From positions 640,001-704,000 of the forward strand of contig OZ219871.1 of assembly GCA_964291495.2 (NCBI GenBank): 64,000 bases of DNA. The letters run 5' to 3'. This document shows positions 56,127-64,000 of this stretch, piece after piece. Within the stretch, counting starts at the first letter, position 1; every line of letters begins with the position of its first letter. Both the position numbers and the translations under genes were made by a program. Source of the stretch: Dehalococcoidia bacterium. Lineage in GTDB: Bacteria > Chloroflexota > Dehalococcoidia > UBA2979. The notes under the pieces are model-generated. The model was not told the origin of the DNA. It did no database searches and saw only the letters and a list, made by a program, of their open reading frames with translations.

Positions 56127-57710
56127 TCAGGTCGATGTGCGGCCGCGACGCAGCGCGCGTCCCGGCAACGCTCCCGTGTTCGCGCCCTGGTCGATCACGA
56201 TCGCGCCGTTGACGATCACGTAGTCGATGCCGGTCGGGTACTGCTTCGGTTCGGCCCTCGTCGCCGGCGCCTTCACCTCGTTGGCGTCGAAGACGACGAT
56301 GTCGGCCTTGAGCCCGTCGCGCAGCAGTCCGCGGTCCGGGAGGCCGAGCCGCTGCGCGGGGAACGAGGTCATCTTGCGGATCGCCTCGGGCAGCTGCAGG
56401 TGCCTCTCGGCGCGGACGAACTCGGCGAGGACGACGGGGAAGCAGCCGTAGGTGCGGGGGCTGGGGAACTCGCCGAGGAGGATCGCGTCGCTCGCGATCA
56501 TGCCGTACGGGTGCGAGACGAAGGCGTACAGCGTCGCCTCGTTGGTCCCGAGGCCGACGTAGGAGACGCCCAGCTCCTCGTCGAGGAGCAGGTCGAGCAG
56601 CGCGTCGACGGGATCCTGGTTCCGCAGCTCCGCGATCTGGGCGACCGAGCGCCCCTCGTACTGCGCGTTCGCCGGCTTGCGGAACCAGGTGAGCCAGGTG
56701 CTCTCCCAGGGACCGAAGGGCGGGGCCTCCACCTCGCGCTTGATGCGGGCGCGATCCTCGGGGTCGCGGAGCGCCTGCATCAGGCGCTCGGGGCCGCCGC
56801 TCATCGCCCACTTCGGGAGGATGATCGTGGCCGTCGTCCCGGAGTAGGGGTACGTGTAGCAATCGAACGTGACGTCGAGGCCCTCGGCGCGCCCATCCTC
56901 GACGAGCCCGATGTAGTCGTGATGGCTCCCCACGCCCTGCGCCGTCTGGCGATAGTGCGTGAGGTGGACGGCCGCGCCGCTCTTGCGGCCGATCTCCAGC
57001 GCCTCCTCCCACGGCGCCAGCAGCCCGAGCGAGCGCAGCGAGGCGCGCGTGTGCGTGTGGTAGAACCCGCCGTACTCGGCGGAGGCGCCGGTGATCGCGA
57101 TCAGCTCCTCCGTCGAGGCGTACGAGCCCGGCGGATAGTCGAGGCCTGTCGAGAGCCCCCACGCCCCCTCCTGCATCGCCTCCCGCGTGACGGCGCGCAT
57201 GTCCTCGATCTCCGCCGGGGTCGCCGGGCGATCCTCCCAACCGGCGCTCCAGATGCGCACCGGCGAGTTGCCGAGGATGAACGCGACGTTGATCGCCACC
57301 CGGTTGTCGTACTGCGAGAGCTGCTCGGCGACCGTCAGCCAGTCCGCCTCCTGCGGCGGGTAGCCGTTGAGCCCGGAGTCGAGCCAGATGTAGCGGCGCC
57401 GCTCGTCGTGTGTTTTGAAGGGCGCATGGGAGATCCCGTCGACGCCCACCAGCTCGGTCGTGACGCCCTGGCGCACCTTTGGGTCGTGGTGCGGCTCGCC
57501 GAGGATCGTGAGCCCGGCGTGCGAGTGCAGATCGATGAACCCGGGGCAGACGACCTTGCCCGTGGCGTCGATCTCGCGCCGCGCCGTGAGCGCCGAGTCG
57601 TCGCCGCGGTGGATCGTGACCCGCTCGTTCTCGACGGCCACGGTGGCGTAGAAGCCCGCGCTCCCGCTGCCGTCGATCACGAGCCCGTGTCGTATGAGCA
57701 GATCAGCCAT
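56127..57710 (-). CDS. N-acyl-D-amino-acid deacylase family amidohydrolase, paralog of 43613-45262
   Basis: PGFIDLHSH, VRQGVTTELVGVDGISHAPFK, IWLDSGLNGYPP, GLSTGLDYPPG, PRTYG. Confidence 0.9.
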   Translation of the reverse strand: MADLLIRHGLVIDGSGSAGFYATVAVENERVTIHRGDDSALTARREIDATGKVVCPGFIDLHSHAGLTILGEPHHDPKVRQGVTTELVGVDGISHAPFKTHDERRRYIWLDSGLNGYPPQEADWLTVAEQLSQYDNRVAINVAFILGNSPVRIWSAGWEDRPATPAEIEDMRAVTREAMQEGAWGLSTGLDYPPGSYASTEELIAITGASAEYGGFYHTHTRASLRSLGLLAPWEEALEIGRKSGAAVHLTHYRQTAQGVGSHHDYIGLVEDGRAEGLDVTFDCYTYPYSGTTATIILPKWAMSGGPERLMQALRDPEDRARIKREVEAPPFGPWESTWLTWFRKPANAQYEGRSVAQIAELRNQDPVDALLDLLLDEELGVSYVGLGTNEATLYAFVSHPYGMIASDAILLGEFPSPRTYGCFPVVLAEFVRAERHLQLPEAIRKMTSFPAQRLGLPDRGLLRDGLKADIVVFDANEVKAPATRAEPKQYPTGIDYVIVNGAIVIDQGANTGALPGRALRRGRTST

Positions 57711-57758
57711 GCGCCCGGCCACGCTTACGCATCAGTCGTTCCTCGCGCCGACGCAACG

Positions 57759-58985
57759 CTAGAACGCGCCCGCCCTGTCCAGTCGCTCGATCTCGGGCCA
57801 GTCGTATCCGAGTTCGAGGAGCAGCTCCTCCCGGTGCTGCCCGAGTTCCGGAGAGCCATCGAGCACCAGCGGCACGCCCCGCAGCTGGAATGGCGGCGCG
57901 ACCACGTCGATCTCGCGACCGCTGCGGTGCGTTCGCCTGACGATGAACCCGTTGGCGCGGGCCTGCTCATCGATCGCGAGGTCGTCGATCGTGCTGATCG
58001 GCGCCCACGGGATGTCGGCCTCGTCGAGCAGGGGGGCGACCTCCTCGAGGGTATAGCCGGACAGCGTCTCCGCGATCTCGCGTCGTGCGTCTTCGGCGTG
58101 CTCGAGGATGCTCTCCAGGTCCCGGAAGCGCGGATCCCCGGCGAGGTCGCCGCGACCGATAGCCTCGCAGAGCTGCGCCCAGTAGCGAGGAGCCTGGAAC
58201 ATCGCGAACTGCAGCCAGCGACCGTCGCCGCAGCGGTAGCTGTTGTTCAGCGGGTTGCGCCGCTGCCCCAGCCCGGGCCGCAACTCCTCGGTCTGACCGA
58301 GCAGCGAGAGCTGCAGCTCCCAGCCGTTCGTCCACATCCCCGCTCCGAGCAACGAGGCGTCGACGATCACGCCTCCCTGGCCGCGCTCCCGTGCGAACAG
58401 CGCCATCATGATTCCCGCCACGAGCGTCATTCCCGATGGGAGGTCGCCCATCGCACCCGTCTGCTGAACCGGCGCTTCGTCGCCGGGGGCCAGCGCCTTG
58501 CCGATCCCGCTGCGTGACCAGTACGCAAGCGAGTCGAATGCGGCGCGATCGACCTCGGCGCCCTCACGGCCGTAGCCCGTCGCGCTGGCGATGACGAGGC
58601 TCGGGTAGCGCTCGTGCAGCGTCTCCGGCAGCAGTCCGGTGCGTTCAAGAGACGCCGGTCGCAGGTTCGTCAGGAACACATCGGCGCCGGCGATGAAGCG
58701 TTCGAGCACCTCGCGTCCGGCGTCGTTCGCGAGGTCCAGCGTGATTCCCCGCTTCCCGGAGTTCGAGAGCTCGAAGGTGGGCTCAATCGTCGTGCCATCG
58801 ACCTCGACGGTGTACGCGCGGATGGGATCCGAGCCTCCGCTCGGCTCGACCTTCACGACGTCCGCGCCGTACGACGCGAGGATGGCGCCGGCCGACGGGG
58901 CCATCACCCAGCTCGAGATCTCGACCACACGGATCCCGGTCAGCGGAAGCCGGTCTCCCGGCTCCGGGTTCCCACCGTCGACCAT
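57759..58985 (-). CDS. Family III (CaiB/BaiF) CoA-transferase
   Basis: PLTGIRVVEISSWVMAP, GADVVKVEP, AYWSRSG, GAMGDLP, PELGQH. Confidence 0.9.
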   Translation of the reverse strand: MVDGGNPEPGDRLPLTGIRVVEISSWVMAPSAGAILASYGADVVKVEPSGGSDPIRAYTVEVDGTTIEPTFELSNSGKRGITLDLANDAGREVLERFIAGADVFLTNLRPASLERTGLLPETLHERYPSLVIASATGYGREGAEVDRAAFDSLAYWSRSGIGKALAPGDEAPVQQTGAMGDLPSGMTLVAGIMMALFARERGQGGVIVDASLLGAGMWTNGWELQLSLLGQTEELRPGLGQRRNPLNNSYRCGDGRWLQFAMFQAPRYWAQLCEAIGRGDLAGDPRFRDLESILEHAEDARREIAETLSGYTLEEVAPLLDEADIPWAPISTIDDLAIDEQARANGFIVRRTHRSGREIDVVAPPFQLRGVPLVLDGSPELGQHREELLLELGYDWPEIERLDRAGAF

Positions 58986-59168
58986 CGCGACCTCGTTTCC
59001 TGCCGACCGCGGTCATCGCCGTTGACGCCACTGCCTTGCGCTAGTGTAGAGCGAGCTTGCTCGCGAGCGCCGCCTGAGCGCAGCATCCGCCGATTCAGGT
59101 TCGAACAGGGGAAGCGCCGGCAGGCGCCGCCGCGCGAGCGTCCAACCGCCGGAGAGGGGGAGCGAATC

Positions 59169-60308
59169 GTGGGACCCTTGAAGGGCATCCGGATCATCGA
59201 ACTGGGAGGCATCGGCCCCGTACCGTTCTGCGCCACACTGCTCGCCGACCTCGGGGCCGACGTCGTTCGCATCGACCGCCTCGAGCGCGCGGGCGCGGGC
59301 ACGCGGTTCGATGTCCTGACGCGCTCTCGCCCCACGATCTGCGTGGACCTCAAGACCCCCGAGGGCGGCGAGGCTGTGCTCCGGCTGGTCGAGCAGGCGG
59401 ACGCGCTGATGGAAGGGTTCCGCCCGGGGGTTGCCGAGCGGCTCGGGCTCGGACCGGACGCCTGCCTCGCCCGCAACCCGAGGCTCGTGTACGCGAGGAT
59501 GACGGGCTGGGGTCAGTCCGGTCCGCTCGCGGAGACCGCCGGACACGACATCAACTACATCGCGCTCACGGGGGCGCTCCACTCGATCCGCCGGGCCGGG
59601 CAGCGGCCGGTGCCCCCGCTCGCCCTCGTGGGAGACTACGGCGGCGGCGCGCTCTACCTCGCGGTGGGCATGCTGTCCGCCATCCTCGAGGCGCGGGACT
59701 CGGACATGGGGCAGGTCGTCGACAGCGCCATGGTCGAGGGCGCCGCGAACCTGATGAGCGACTACTACGGCCTGTACGCCGAGGGCTCGTGGACGGCGGA
59801 GCCCGGGACCAACACGGAGGACTCCGGCGCTCCCTCCTACGACGTCTACGAGACCTCGGACGGCGAGTACATCTCGGTCGGAGCGATCGAGCCGCAGTTC
59901 TACGCCGAGCTGATCGAGCGGATGGGTCTCGCCGGGGAGGAGTTGCCCGAGCAGAACGACCGGACGCAGTGGCCGCTGCTGAAGCAGCGCTTCGAGGATG
60001 TCTTCCGCAGCAAGACGCGGCAGCAGTGGTGCGAGATCATGGAGGGGAGCGACGTCTGTTTCGCGCCGGTGCTGAGCATGGAGGAGGCTCCGCACCACCC
60101 CCAGAACGTCGCGCGGAAGACCTTCATCGAACTCGACGGGGTCGTCCAGCCGGCGCCCGCACCGCGCTTCAGCCGGACCGTCCCGGAGCTGCCGCAGCCG
60201 CCAGCAAGGGCGGGCGCCGGCAGCGAGGGAGCGCTCCGCTCCTGGGGCTTCTCCGGCGAGGAGATCGACCGTCTGATCGAGGCGAACGCCATCGGTTCGA
60301 CTCGCTAG
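59169..60308 (+). CDS. Alpha-methylacyl-CoA racemase-like CaiB/BaiF protein
   Basis: GPLKGIRIIELGGIGP, EGFRPGVAERLGLGP, AGHDINY (catalytic His), GDYGGG (catalytic Asp), QPAPAPRFSRT. Confidence 0.9.
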   Translation: MGPLKGIRIIELGGIGPVPFCATLLADLGADVVRIDRLERAGAGTRFDVLTRSRPTICVDLKTPEGGEAVLRLVEQADALMEGFRPGVAERLGLGPDACLARNPRLVYARMTGWGQSGPLAETAGHDINYIALTGALHSIRRAGQRPVPPLALVGDYGGGALYLAVGMLSAILEARDSDMGQVVDSAMVEGAANLMSDYYGLYAEGSWTAEPGTNTEDSGAPSYDVYETSDGEYISVGAIEPQFYAELIERMGLAGEELPEQNDRTQWPLLKQRFEDVFRSKTRQQWCEIMEGSDVCFAPVLSMEEAPHHPQNVARKTFIELDGVVQPAPAPRFSRTVPELPQPPARAGAGSEGALRSWGFSGEEIDRLIEANAIGSTR

Positions 60309-60329
60309 GCCCTCGATCGCTGCGTCTTG

Positions 60330-60394
60330 TTGACGCCGCCCATGCCCGGACCTAGGATCCGGCCCGGCAACCTCATTCTATCGCCCGAAAGATG
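60330..60394 (+). promoter_or_regulatory. Promoter TTGACG-N17-TAGGAT followed by an inverted copy of operator motif B (60374-60394)
   Basis: CATTCTATCGCCCGAAAGATG is the exact reverse complement of 21 bp of motif B. Confidence 0.75.
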
Positions 60395-60469
60395 GGATCA
60401 CCTCAGAGGTCCGGGAGGCGACCGCACGGAGCGGTATCCTCGCAACACGAGCGCTGAGGGAACACGAAC

Positions 60470-61675
60470 ATGAGCGAACCAGGTCCGCTTGCGGGAGTCA
60501 CCGTCGTCGAGCTGGCGAGCTGGATGATGACGCCCGCGAGCGGCAGCATCCTGGCCAGCTTCGGCGCGGACGTGATCAAGATCGAGCCGGCCGGCTCCGC
60601 CGACCCGATGCGGCGGCTCAACGAGGTCGGCGCCAGCGTCGGCGCGCTCGAGGCGGGCTTCGAGCTGGTGAACAACGGCAAGCGCAGCATGCAGCTCGAT
60701 ATCAAGTCCGCAGCCGGGCGGGACGTGATGCAGCGGCTGCTCGAGCGCGCCGACATCTTCCTGACCAACGTCCGCGCGCCGTCACTCGAGCGCGCCGGGC
60801 TGGACCCGGAGACGCTGCATCAGCGCCACCCGCAGCTGATCGTCGCGCACGGCACCGGCCACGGGAGGTTCGGCAGCGATGCCGACCGCCCCACCTTCGA
60901 TGAGCTCGCGTACTGGTCGCGAGGCGGGATGGCCACCGCGCTTCGCGTCGAGGGCGCCCCGCCGGTGTCGCTGAACGGCGCGATGGGCGACCTGCCGACG
61001 GCGGTCACCCTCGTAGCGGGCATGCTCATGGCTCTCTATCGCCGGGAGCGGGAGGGGCAGGGGGCGATCGTCGACGTCTCGCTGTACCAGTGCGGGATGT
61101 GGGCCAACGGGCTGGTCATCGCGGCGGCACTGGCGGGGCAGCCGAGGCACCCCCGGCTGGGCCGGCAGCACGCATTCAGTCCCCTCGACACCTCGTACCA
61201 GTGCGCGGACGGCGCCTGGGTGCAGTTCGCGATGCTCCAGGTGATGCGTTACTGGCGGCCGCTCTGCGAGGTGGTGGAGCGCCCCGAGCTGGCCGACGAC
61301 CCCCGCTTCGACACCCTCGAGCGGCTCCTGGAGAACAGCGCCGAGGCGATCGCGGAGCTCGAGCAGGCGATCGGGCTCCTCACGCGCAACGAGCTCGGGC
61401 GCCGCCTCAATAGCCACGGCCTGCCCTGGTCCCCGATCTTCGAGGTCGAGGAGGTCATCGAGGACGAGCAGGCGCGCGTGAACAACTACATCGTGAAGAA
61501 GCAGCACCGCTCCGGCGCGGAGATGGAGACGCTTGCGCCCCCGTTCGCCCTGCGTGACGAGGAGCTGCGGCTTGAGCCCTCGCCGGAGGCCGGTCAGCAC
61601 ACCGAGCAGGTGCTGCTGGAACTGGGCTACAGCTGGGACGAGATCGGAGCGCTTCGCGAGCAAGGGGCGTTCTGA
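60470..61675 (+). CDS. Family III (CaiB/BaiF) CoA-transferase, paralog of 57759-58985
   Basis: GPLAGVTVVELASWMMTP, AYWSRGG, GAMGDLP, PEAGQHTEQVLLELGY. Confidence 0.9.
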   Translation: MSEPGPLAGVTVVELASWMMTPASGSILASFGADVIKIEPAGSADPMRRLNEVGASVGALEAGFELVNNGKRSMQLDIKSAAGRDVMQRLLERADIFLTNVRAPSLERAGLDPETLHQRHPQLIVAHGTGHGRFGSDADRPTFDELAYWSRGGMATALRVEGAPPVSLNGAMGDLPTAVTLVAGMLMALYRREREGQGAIVDVSLYQCGMWANGLVIAAALAGQPRHPRLGRQHAFSPLDTSYQCADGAWVQFAMLQVMRYWRPLCEVVERPELADDPRFDTLERLLENSAEAIAELEQAIGLLTRNELGRRLNSHGLPWSPIFEVEEVIEDEQARVNNYIVKKQHRSGAEMETLAPPFALRDEELRLEPSPEAGQHTEQVLLELGYSWDEIGALREQGAF

Positions 61676-61787
61676 CCGGCGGTGCGTCGGCCGCGAGCGT
61701 CCTCGGAAGGCCCGCTGGCGCGCCACGGAGCGTTGAGCGAGGCCCGGTGTCTGCGAGTTGCGTAGTCCCTCAAGGGAGGAGCCAGTC

Positions 61788-63440
61788 ATGGCAAAGGTGA
61801 CGGGGAACAGGATTCTGGCGCAGGCCCTCAAGAACGAAGGGGTATCCGCCCTGTTCTTCCTCTCGGGCGGCCCGATGGACGACTTCTACGACGAGGCCGA
61901 CCAGATCGGGATCCGGCTCATCGACGCCCGCCACGAGCAGGGCGCGGCGATGATGGCGCACGGCTGGAGCAGGGTCACGGGCGAGGTCGGTGTCTGCGCC
62001 GCCTGCTCGGGCCCGGGCACGACCAACCTCGTCACGGGCATCGTCACGGCCATGGCCGACGCCTGCCCAATCATCGCGCTCGGCGGTTCCAGCGCCTCGG
62101 ACCTCACGCACTGGGATGACTTCCAGGAGGTCGACCAGGTGAGCCTCATGCGGCCGATCACGAAATGGTCCGCCCAGGTCAACTACGCCACGAGGATCCC
62201 GGAACTGGTCAGCATGGCCTTCCGCAAGTGCTGGGGCAGCCGGCCGGGTCCCGTCTACCTCGATCTGCCGGGCGACGTCCTCTATCAGGAAGCGGAAGAG
62301 GACGAGGTCCAGTACCCCGCCAACTCCCGCACCGACGCCCGGTCGATGGGCGACCCGGAGCTGGTGAAGCGGGCGATCGAGATGCTGGCCGAGGCCGAGC
62401 GCCCGCTGGTGCTGACCGGCACCGGCGTGTTCTGGTCCCGGGCGTGGAACGAGCTGCGGGAGTTCGTCGAGGCCACCGGCGTCCCCTTCTACACCACGCC
62501 CCAGGGCAGAGGGGTGATCCCGGAGGACCACGAGCTCTCGTTCCCGGCCGCCCGATCGATGGCCTTCCGCGAGGCTGATCTGGCCGTGTCCATCGGCACA
62601 CGGAACAACTGGATCTGGCAGTTCATGCAGGCCCCCCGCTTCTCGCCCGATCTGAAGTTCATCCAGGTCAACACGGACCGCGAGGAGATCGGTCACAACA
62701 GACCCGCGGACCTCGGGATCGTCGGCGATGCGAGGATGGTGCTCGAGCAGCTGACCGAGGAGGCGAAGGAGCAGGGGTTCGCGAACAAGCAGGGCTCGGC
62801 CTGGGTGGGGCAACTCCGAGCCCGGGAGGCGACGAACGCCGAACGCAACGAGCCGCTCCTCAACTCGGACGCGGTGCCGATCCACCCGCTGAGGATGATG
62901 AAAGAGATCAGGGACTTCCTGCCCGAGGACGCGATCGTGGCGGTGGACGGTCACGACACGCTGAACTTCGCGCGCCAGTCCATCCCCGTGTACCAGCCCG
63001 GACACAGGCTCAACTCCGGCGGGTCCGGCTGCATGGGAGTCGGGCTGCCCTTCGGCATCGGCGCGCAGGCCGCGATGCCGGACAAGAAGGTGATCGTCGT
63101 GCACGGCGACGGTTCCTTCGGGATCAACGCCATCAACCTCGACACGGCCGTGAGGCACAACCTGCCCGTGGTCACCGTGATCAACGTCAACGGAGGTTGG
63201 ACGGCCACGCCCGAGGCACGACGCCTCACGCCGGGGATCGCCATCGGCACGGAGCAGCGCTACGACAAGCTCGGCGAGGCGCTGGGCGCTCACGGCGAAT
63301 ACGTCGACAGGCCAGAGCAGCTCCGCCCGGCCCTGGAGCGAGCCTTCGCGTCCGGGAAGCCGGCCGTGATCAACGTCGTCACCGATCCGGAGGCCAACTC
63401 GACCACGCAATCCTTCGGCGTGTACGCGGACCGGGGGTGA
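61788..63440 (+). CDS. ThDP-dependent enzyme, 2-hydroxyacyl-CoA lyase / oxalyl-CoA decarboxylase-like
   Basis: DARHEQGAAMMAH, GPGTTN, FQEVDQ, PGPVYLDLPGD, GCMGVGLPF, ThDP motif GDGSFG...N. Confidence 0.88.
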   Translation: MAKVTGNRILAQALKNEGVSALFFLSGGPMDDFYDEADQIGIRLIDARHEQGAAMMAHGWSRVTGEVGVCAACSGPGTTNLVTGIVTAMADACPIIALGGSSASDLTHWDDFQEVDQVSLMRPITKWSAQVNYATRIPELVSMAFRKCWGSRPGPVYLDLPGDVLYQEAEEDEVQYPANSRTDARSMGDPELVKRAIEMLAEAERPLVLTGTGVFWSRAWNELREFVEATGVPFYTTPQGRGVIPEDHELSFPAARSMAFREADLAVSIGTRNNWIWQFMQAPRFSPDLKFIQVNTDREEIGHNRPADLGIVGDARMVLEQLTEEAKEQGFANKQGSAWVGQLRAREATNAERNEPLLNSDAVPIHPLRMMKEIRDFLPEDAIVAVDGHDTLNFARQSIPVYQPGHRLNSGGSGCMGVGLPFGIGAQAAMPDKKVIVVHGDGSFGINAINLDTAVRHNLPVVTVINVNGGWTATPEARRLTPGIAIGTEQRYDKLGEALGAHGEYVDRPEQLRPALERAFASGKPAVINVVTDPEANSTTQSFGVYADRG

Positions 63441-63503
63441 TCGGCACTCCGGCCCCCTCTCCCCCTGGAGGCCCTTGCGAACTCCCACAAGCCCGATCCG
63501 GCT

Positions 63504-63645
63504 CCCTCTCCCTGGGGAGAGGGCGGGGTGAGGGGGGGGAAGACCCCCGCGCGCCTCCGAACGCCCCGATGGCGCGCCGCGATTCCGGAGGGTGGACCCT
63601 CCCTCACCCTAACCCTCTCCCTCGGAGCGAGGGGACCGGAAGGGA
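63504..63645 (+). repeat. REP/REPIN-like dispersed element, copy 2
   Basis: CCCTCTCCCTGGGGAGAGGGCGGGGTGAGG...spacer...CCCTCACCCTAACCCTCTCCC, i.e. two inverted REP-like units. Homologous to 48488-48614. Confidence 0.75.
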
Positions 63646-63674
63646 TGCCCTCGAAGGGCCGGGCTTCCGTGATG

Positions 63675-63784
63675 TGCTATAACCTCATTCTGTTGGCCGA
63701 AAGGCCACAGGGCACCCGGCAGGACGGGCCCGTCTGGCTACGAGGACGGTCCCGGGGCGTGGCACTCCAGGAGAGTCTCCGAGC
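63675..63784 (+). promoter_or_regulatory. Extended -10 promoter (TGnTATAAC) and structured 5' leader, possible riboswitch
   Basis: GAAA-tetraloop hairpin at 63690-63710, CGGGCCCGT/ACGGTCCCG pairing at 63725-63754, and the RBS embedded in GGAG-AGT-CTCC. Confidence 0.35.
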
Positions 63785-64000
63785 ATGACCGACGCGACCC
63801 GCACCACGCTCAACTACCTCGGCGAGTCCGACGCCCGCACGTTCATGGGCGTGCCCGCGCTCGCCAATGTCGCCGACCTGGCCGCCGACATCGCCGTGTT
63901 CGGCGCCCCCTGCTGCTCGCCCTACCTGATCGCGGACGAGTATGCGAACGCGAACCTCGGCGGCCCGACCGCGATCCGCCAGGCCCTCGCCACGTGGGCC
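63785..64000 (+). CDS. Arginase/agmatinase (ureohydrolase) family protein, truncated by the window end
   Basis: MTDATRTTLNYLGESDARTFMGVP...ADIAVFGAP...GGPTAIRQA matches the TF.G.P / D.A..G.P / GP.AIR N-terminal pattern. Confidence 0.7.
   Translation, partial: MTDATRTTLNYLGESDARTFMGVPALANVADLAADIAVFGAPCCSPYLIADEYANANLGGPTAIRQALATWA

Noticed and set aside
56106-58517. 803-aa plus-strand ORF
   Set aside because: Antisense to the D-aminoacylase and CoA-transferase genes, with no recognisable motifs.
1-64000. Assigning the whole region to steroid degradation
   Set aside because: Ltp2/DUF35, heteromeric ACAD and AMACR-like genes are compatible with it. However, no ring-degrading markers (KstD, KshAB, HsaA-D, IpdAB) are visible, so the substrate cannot be named.

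Overview
GC-rich bacterial window with no rRNA, tRNA, CRISPR, integrase or transposase that I could see. The gene content and paralog expansion resemble Chloroflexota (Dehalococcoidia/SAR202-like); this is inferred from content, not from a marker gene. The window is almost all acyl-CoA and oxidative catabolism: 7 SCP2/Ltp2-type thiolase-fold genes, 5 DUF35 (Zn-ribbon/OB-fold) partners, 8 family III (CaiB/BaiF) CoA-transferases, 3 luciferase-like monooxygenases, 3 acyl-CoA dehydrogenases, 2 crotonases, an isobutyryl-CoA-mutase-type large subunit, a ThDP HACL-like lyase, 2 D-aminoacylases and 2 SDRs. It also holds 2 Dpp/Opp-type ABC clusters without ATPases, 2 TetR regulators and a DUF1800-DUF1501-NHL-MNT-HEPN cluster. 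The main finding is the thiolase at 47274, which ends at an in-frame TGA in its C-terminal catalytic loop, followed by 18 further homologous codons and a SECIS-like hairpin. This makes it a candidate selenocysteine-containing thiolase-fold enzyme. Other findings: two families of repeated operators (candidate TetR regulons), an isomerase gene inserted between two CoA-transferase subunits with a duplicated junction, a degenerate MNT-HEPN pair, a structured leader before an arginase-family gene, gene remnants and a dispersed REP-like repeat. All family assignments are by motif recognition only; no database search was run.
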